From Patescibacteria group bacterium (GTDB lineage: Bacteria; Patescibacteriota; Patescibacteriia; Patescibacteriales; UBA12465), in contig JBAZTY010000002.1 of assembly GCA_041661685.1 (NCBI GenBank), forward strand, positions 29,126 through 93,125: DNA of 64,000 nt, read 5' to 3'. The notes beneath the pieces were generated by a model. The model was given only the letters and a program-made list of their open reading frames with translations. It was not told where the DNA came from and did no database searches. Positions 61,156 through 64,000 of the stretch are shown here, piece by piece. Position numbers and translations under genes: made by a program. The first letter of the stretch is position 1; each line of letters begins with the position of its first letter.

Positions 61156-61184
61156 TTGACCCGGTGAAGTCTGTCTGTTATAAT
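61156..61184 (+). promoter_or_regulatory. Sigma70 promoter
   Basis: TTGACC (61156-61161), 17 nt, TATAAT (61179-61184). Confidence 0.6.
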
Positions 61185-61224
61185 AAAAATAAGGTTTTAG
61201 AGCCTATTTTTATTGATTACCTAT

Positions 61225-61881
61225 ATGATTATTACCTGGCAAGGACATTCCTGCTTTAAGATTCAAGATAAGGTCGGGTCTGATGGCGTGACCGTCGTGA
61301 CCGATCCATTTAGCAAAGAAATAGGATTGAAAGCAGAATTGAAAGTTCCTAATTTTGAAGCGGATATCGTGACAGTTTCACATCAACATCATGACCATAG
61401 TAATGTCGAAGCTTTGCGCGGCAATCCTTTTACTATCGATTGCGCCGGCGAATATGATTTCAAAGGCGTATTAATCGAAGGCATTGATTCTTATCATGAC
61501 GAGAAGGAGGGCGCGGAACGCGGCGGCAATATTATTTATCGCATAGAAATCGATGATATTTCCGTAACTCATCTTGGTGATTTAGGACATGTTCTCAGCG
61601 ATGCGCAGATAGAAAAACTAGCCGGCACTGACATTCTCTTGATCCCGGTCGGCGGCCCTATGGCCTTAGATGCGAAAAAAGCGGTCGAAGTAATTTCTCA
61701 GATAGAGCCGCGCATCGTTATTCCGATGCACTACAAGACGAAAGACAGCAAGCTGGAGTTGGATGGAGTAGAAAAATTTATCAAAGAAATTGGCCTGACT
61801 CCGACCTATGAAGAAAAATTAAAAATTTCCAAAAAAGATCTTCCTAGTGAAGATATGGAATTAGTAATATTAAGCATTTAA
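61225..61881 (+). CDS. UPF0173-type metallo-beta-lactamase-fold hydrolase
   Basis: The ORF-track TTG is at 61213. The ATG at 61225 gives MIITWQGHSCFKI, the family's typical start. SHQHHDH motif. Confidence 0.8.
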   Translation: MIITWQGHSCFKIQDKVGSDGVTVVTDPFSKEIGLKAELKVPNFEADIVTVSHQHHDHSNVEALRGNPFTIDCAGEYDFKGVLIEGIDSYHDEKEGAERGGNIIYRIEIDDISVTHLGDLGHVLSDAQIEKLAGTDILLIPVGGPMALDAKKAVEVISQIEPRIVIPMHYKTKDSKLELDGVEKFIKEIGLTPTYEEKLKISKKDLPSEDMELVILSI

Positions 61882-61885
61882 AATT

Positions 61886-62488
61886 ATGATCAATCCGAAA
61901 AAAGAAAGAACTTTCGTAATCCTCAAGCCTGACGCTGTCCAGCGCGGCCTGATTGGCGAAACTATCAAGAGAATTGAAAATACCGGTTTGAAGCTGGTGG
62001 CTTTAAAGCTCGTCTTGGCGACCGAAGATCAGTTATGGAAACACTATAATAAAGATGATGCTTGGTACCAAAAGAAGGGAGAGAGAACTATCGAGGAAAG
62101 AAAAGCGGCCGGCATGCCCGTAGATAAAGAAGCGATTGAATACGGCAAGGATATCATCCGCGCTTTAGTGAAATTCATGAGCTGCGGCCCGATTGTCCCG
62201 ATGATCTGGGAGGGGAATCAGTCTGTCGGTATCGTTAAGAAAATCGTCGGTGCGACTGAACCCCTATCTTCCGATAGCGGAACTATCCGTGGCGACTATA
62301 CTTTAGATTCCTATGAATTAGCGAGCCTGGATGAGCGCGCTGTTCGTAACTTGATTCATTGTTCCGATCCGGTCGCGGACGCGGAGCGCGAAATTCCGAT
62401 TTGGTTTACGCCTGAAGAGATTTTAAAGTACCGCTTGATCGCCGAGCAGATCCTGTATGATATAAATCTGGACGGAATCATGGAATAA
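61886..62488 (+). CDS. ndk: Nucleoside-diphosphate kinase (long variant with internal insertion)
   Basis: 200 aa. ERTFVILKPDAVQRGLIG, GTIRGDY and active-site NLIHCSD. Has ~50 extra residues after the first beta-alpha-beta unit. Confidence 0.85.
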   Translation: MINPKKERTFVILKPDAVQRGLIGETIKRIENTGLKLVALKLVLATEDQLWKHYNKDDAWYQKKGERTIEERKAAGMPVDKEAIEYGKDIIRALVKFMSCGPIVPMIWEGNQSVGIVKKIVGATEPLSSDSGTIRGDYTLDSYELASLDERAVRNLIHCSDPVADAEREIPIWFTPEEILKYRLIAEQILYDINLDGIME

Positions 62489-62511
62489 AGAGAGCCAAGA
62501 ATAAAATATCT

Positions 62512-63000
62512 ATGAACGACACAGAGAAAAAAAAGATTTTCATGATGCGCGTCATCATCGGCAGCGTTGCTTTTATTATCTTGATTCTCTGGGCGTTCAA
62601 TTTGAAAAATGTCTGGCAAGCTAGCCGGAAAGACAATAAATATTCTAGCGAATGGTCCGGTCTTAAGAGCGAATTAGAAAAGACTTTAACCGAGGCTCAA
62701 GCTAAGTTGAATAAGATAGAAGCAGATAAGGCGGCGGTGGAAAAAAAGGCTGGCGATAAGTTTATGGCTGGCTTATTGGAAGGGGCGGTTAAGAATGCTT
62801 CTTCTTCGGCCATGACGGCCACCTCATCAACCGCCATCGCGGCTTCCTCTACCCCGCCTATTGCTGGCGGCCAGACTGCTTCAACGACTAAATCCGGTTC
62901 TTTATGTCCGGAGTATATAGACTGCATGCCTACTATCGGCGTGGCCAAGCCCTGTGTTATCCCGCTTGGTTGCGAGGGAATAACTACAATCGCTTACTAA
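62512..63000 (+). CDS. N-terminally anchored protein with Ser/Thr/Ala linker and Cys-rich C-terminus
   Basis: 162 aa. TM IIGSVAFIILILWAF. C-terminus CPEYIDCMPTIGVAKPCVIPLGCEGI. Confidence 0.55.
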   Translation: MNDTEKKKIFMMRVIIGSVAFIILILWAFNLKNVWQASRKDNKYSSEWSGLKSELEKTLTEAQAKLNKIEADKAAVEKKAGDKFMAGLLEGAVKNASSSAMTATSSTAIAASSTPPIAGGQTASTTKSGSLCPEYIDCMPTIGVAKPCVIPLGCEGITTIAY

Positions 63001-63009
63001 ATTTTCTTT

Positions 63010-64000
63010 ATGCCTAAAACCGAAAAAGAAAAACCGAAAAATATCAATGAAGAGTCGACAGGAGTTGTCGCTAATCTGCGCAAGAAGACCGAATTCGGCA
63101 TTGTCGAAGAGCAGCCGATAGTCGAGGAGATGAGCCGCGCTTATCTAGAATACGCGATGAGTGTCATCGTTTCGCGCGCCCTGCCGGATGTTCGTGACGG
63201 TTTGAAACCGGTGCATCGTCGTATTTTGTATGCGATGTGGAGCGTCGGTTTGAAAGCGAACGCGAAATTTAGGAAATCGGCAACGGTCGTCGGCGAAGTT
63301 CTCGGTAAATATCATCCGCATGGCGATAGTTCTGTCTATGACGCTATGGTCCGCTTGGCTCAGGATTTTTCAATGCGCTATCCGCTCGTCCGCGGCCAAG
63401 GAAACTTCGGTTCGATGGATGGAGACAGCGCCGCGGCTATGCGTTATACGGAAGCGAAATTATCCGCTGTCGCCGAAGAGATGCTCTTTGATATTGATAA
63501 GGATACAGTTGATTTCATGCCAAACTACGATGGCAGCCATAAGGAGCCGCGTCTTTTGCCGTCTAAACTGCCGAATTTGCTCTTGAATGGCACGATGGGC
63601 ATCGCCGTCGGCATGTCGACCAATATTCCGCCGCATAACCTTAGGGAACTTGCAGATGCGATTGACTATCTGATTGAGAATCCGGAGGCGAGCGTCGAAG
63701 ATCTGATGCAATTCGTCAAGGGGCCTGACTTCCCGACCGGCGGCATTATTTATGACAAGAAAGATATTCTAGCCGCTTATGCGACTGGCAAGGGCGGCAT
63801 TGTTGTCCGTGGCAAGGCCGATATTGAAGAAGAAAAGAATGGCGGCTTCCGTATTATTGTCTCGGAAATCCCCTATCAGGTTAATAAGGCCGATCTAGTC
63901 GAGAAGATCGCTGACCTGGTCAGAGAGAAAAAGATCGAAGGCATCAAGGCTCTGCGCGATGAATCCGATAAGGATGGCGTCCGCATCGTCATGGAACTCA
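63010..64000 (+). CDS. gyrA: DNA gyrase subunit A (N-terminal part; continues past window end)
   Basis: Open-ended, so absent from the ORF track. The ATG at 63010 gives ...[32 protein letters not shown]...[53 protein letters not shown]. Confidence 0.9.
   Translation, partial: MPKTEKEKPKNINEESTGVVANLRKKTEFGIVEEQPIVEEMSRAYLEYAMSVIVSRALPDVRDGLKPVHRRILYAMWSVGLKANAKFRKSATVVGEVLGKYHPHGDSSVYDAMVRLAQDFSMRYPLVRGQGNFGSMDGDSAAAMRYTEAKLSAVAEEMLFDIDKDTVDFMPNYDGSHKEPRLLPSKLPNLLLNGTMGIAVGMSTNIPPHNLRELADAIDYLIENPEASVEDLMQFVKGPDFPTGGIIYDKKDILAAYATGKGGIVVRGKADIEEEKNGGFRIIVSEIPYQVNKADLVEKIADLVREKKIEGIKALRDESDKDGVRIVMEL

Noticed and set aside
1-64000. CRISPR arrays, IS elements/transposases, integrases, reverse transcriptases/DGRs, toxin-antitoxin pairs, rRNA, tmRNA/RNase P/SRP RNA
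   Set aside because: I scanned the intergenic regions and translations by eye and found no regularly spaced direct repeats, no recombinase or RT motifs, and no conserved core sequences of these RNAs. A covariance-model scan would be needed to exclude small ncRNAs.

Overview
This 64-kb window looks like the streamlined genome of an uncultivated bacterium, probably Patescibacteria/CPR. That placement is an inference from gene content: there is a type-IV-pilus ATPase, a ComEC-type nuclease domain and lipid-scavenging enzymes, many lineage-specific membrane or secreted proteins, and almost no biosynthesis. I can support about 60 protein-coding genes, 7 tRNAs (Leu-GAG, Val-TAC, Asp-GTC, Arg-CCG, Ser-CGA, Cys-GCA, Glu-TTC), and many canonical sigma70-type promoters and intrinsic terminators. 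I saw no rRNA, CRISPR array, transposase, integrase or reverse transcriptase.

Housekeeping genes:
- Chromosome maintenance and repair: comM, smc, ssb, uvrA, gyrA (partial).
- Translation: rplS, efp, rpsR, rpsF, tyrS, argS, glyQS.
- Other: lspA, gpmI, ychF, ndk, and a TetR-controlled RND efflux pair.

Observations most worth a second look:
1. A 1003-aa PilB/GspE motor is made of two complete ATPase modules in tandem. It sits in a tight operon with a polytopic membrane protein, a translin-family protein and a metallophosphoesterase.
2. The SMC protein appears to lack a hinge domain. It carries two length-matched internal duplications, one in each coiled-coil arm.
3. A lower-GC region next to tRNA-Glu holds two ArsR-controlled operons with an identical 18-nt operator. 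A 17-nt direct repeat of the tRNA 3' end lies nearby.
4. A very AT-rich single-gene islet lies between tRNA-Asp and tRNA-Arg.
5. A secreted-protein ORF continues for 82 codons past an in-frame TGA, in a window that almost never uses TGA as a stop.
6. Two paralogous small anchored proteins with duplicated promoters flank a CDP-archaeol-synthase-like gene.
7. An unannotated 45-aa lysine-rich protein has its own promoter, strong SD and terminator.
8. A ~500-bp noncoding AT-rich stretch contains two DnaA-box matches.

All functional calls come from reading motifs in the translations. No database search was run.
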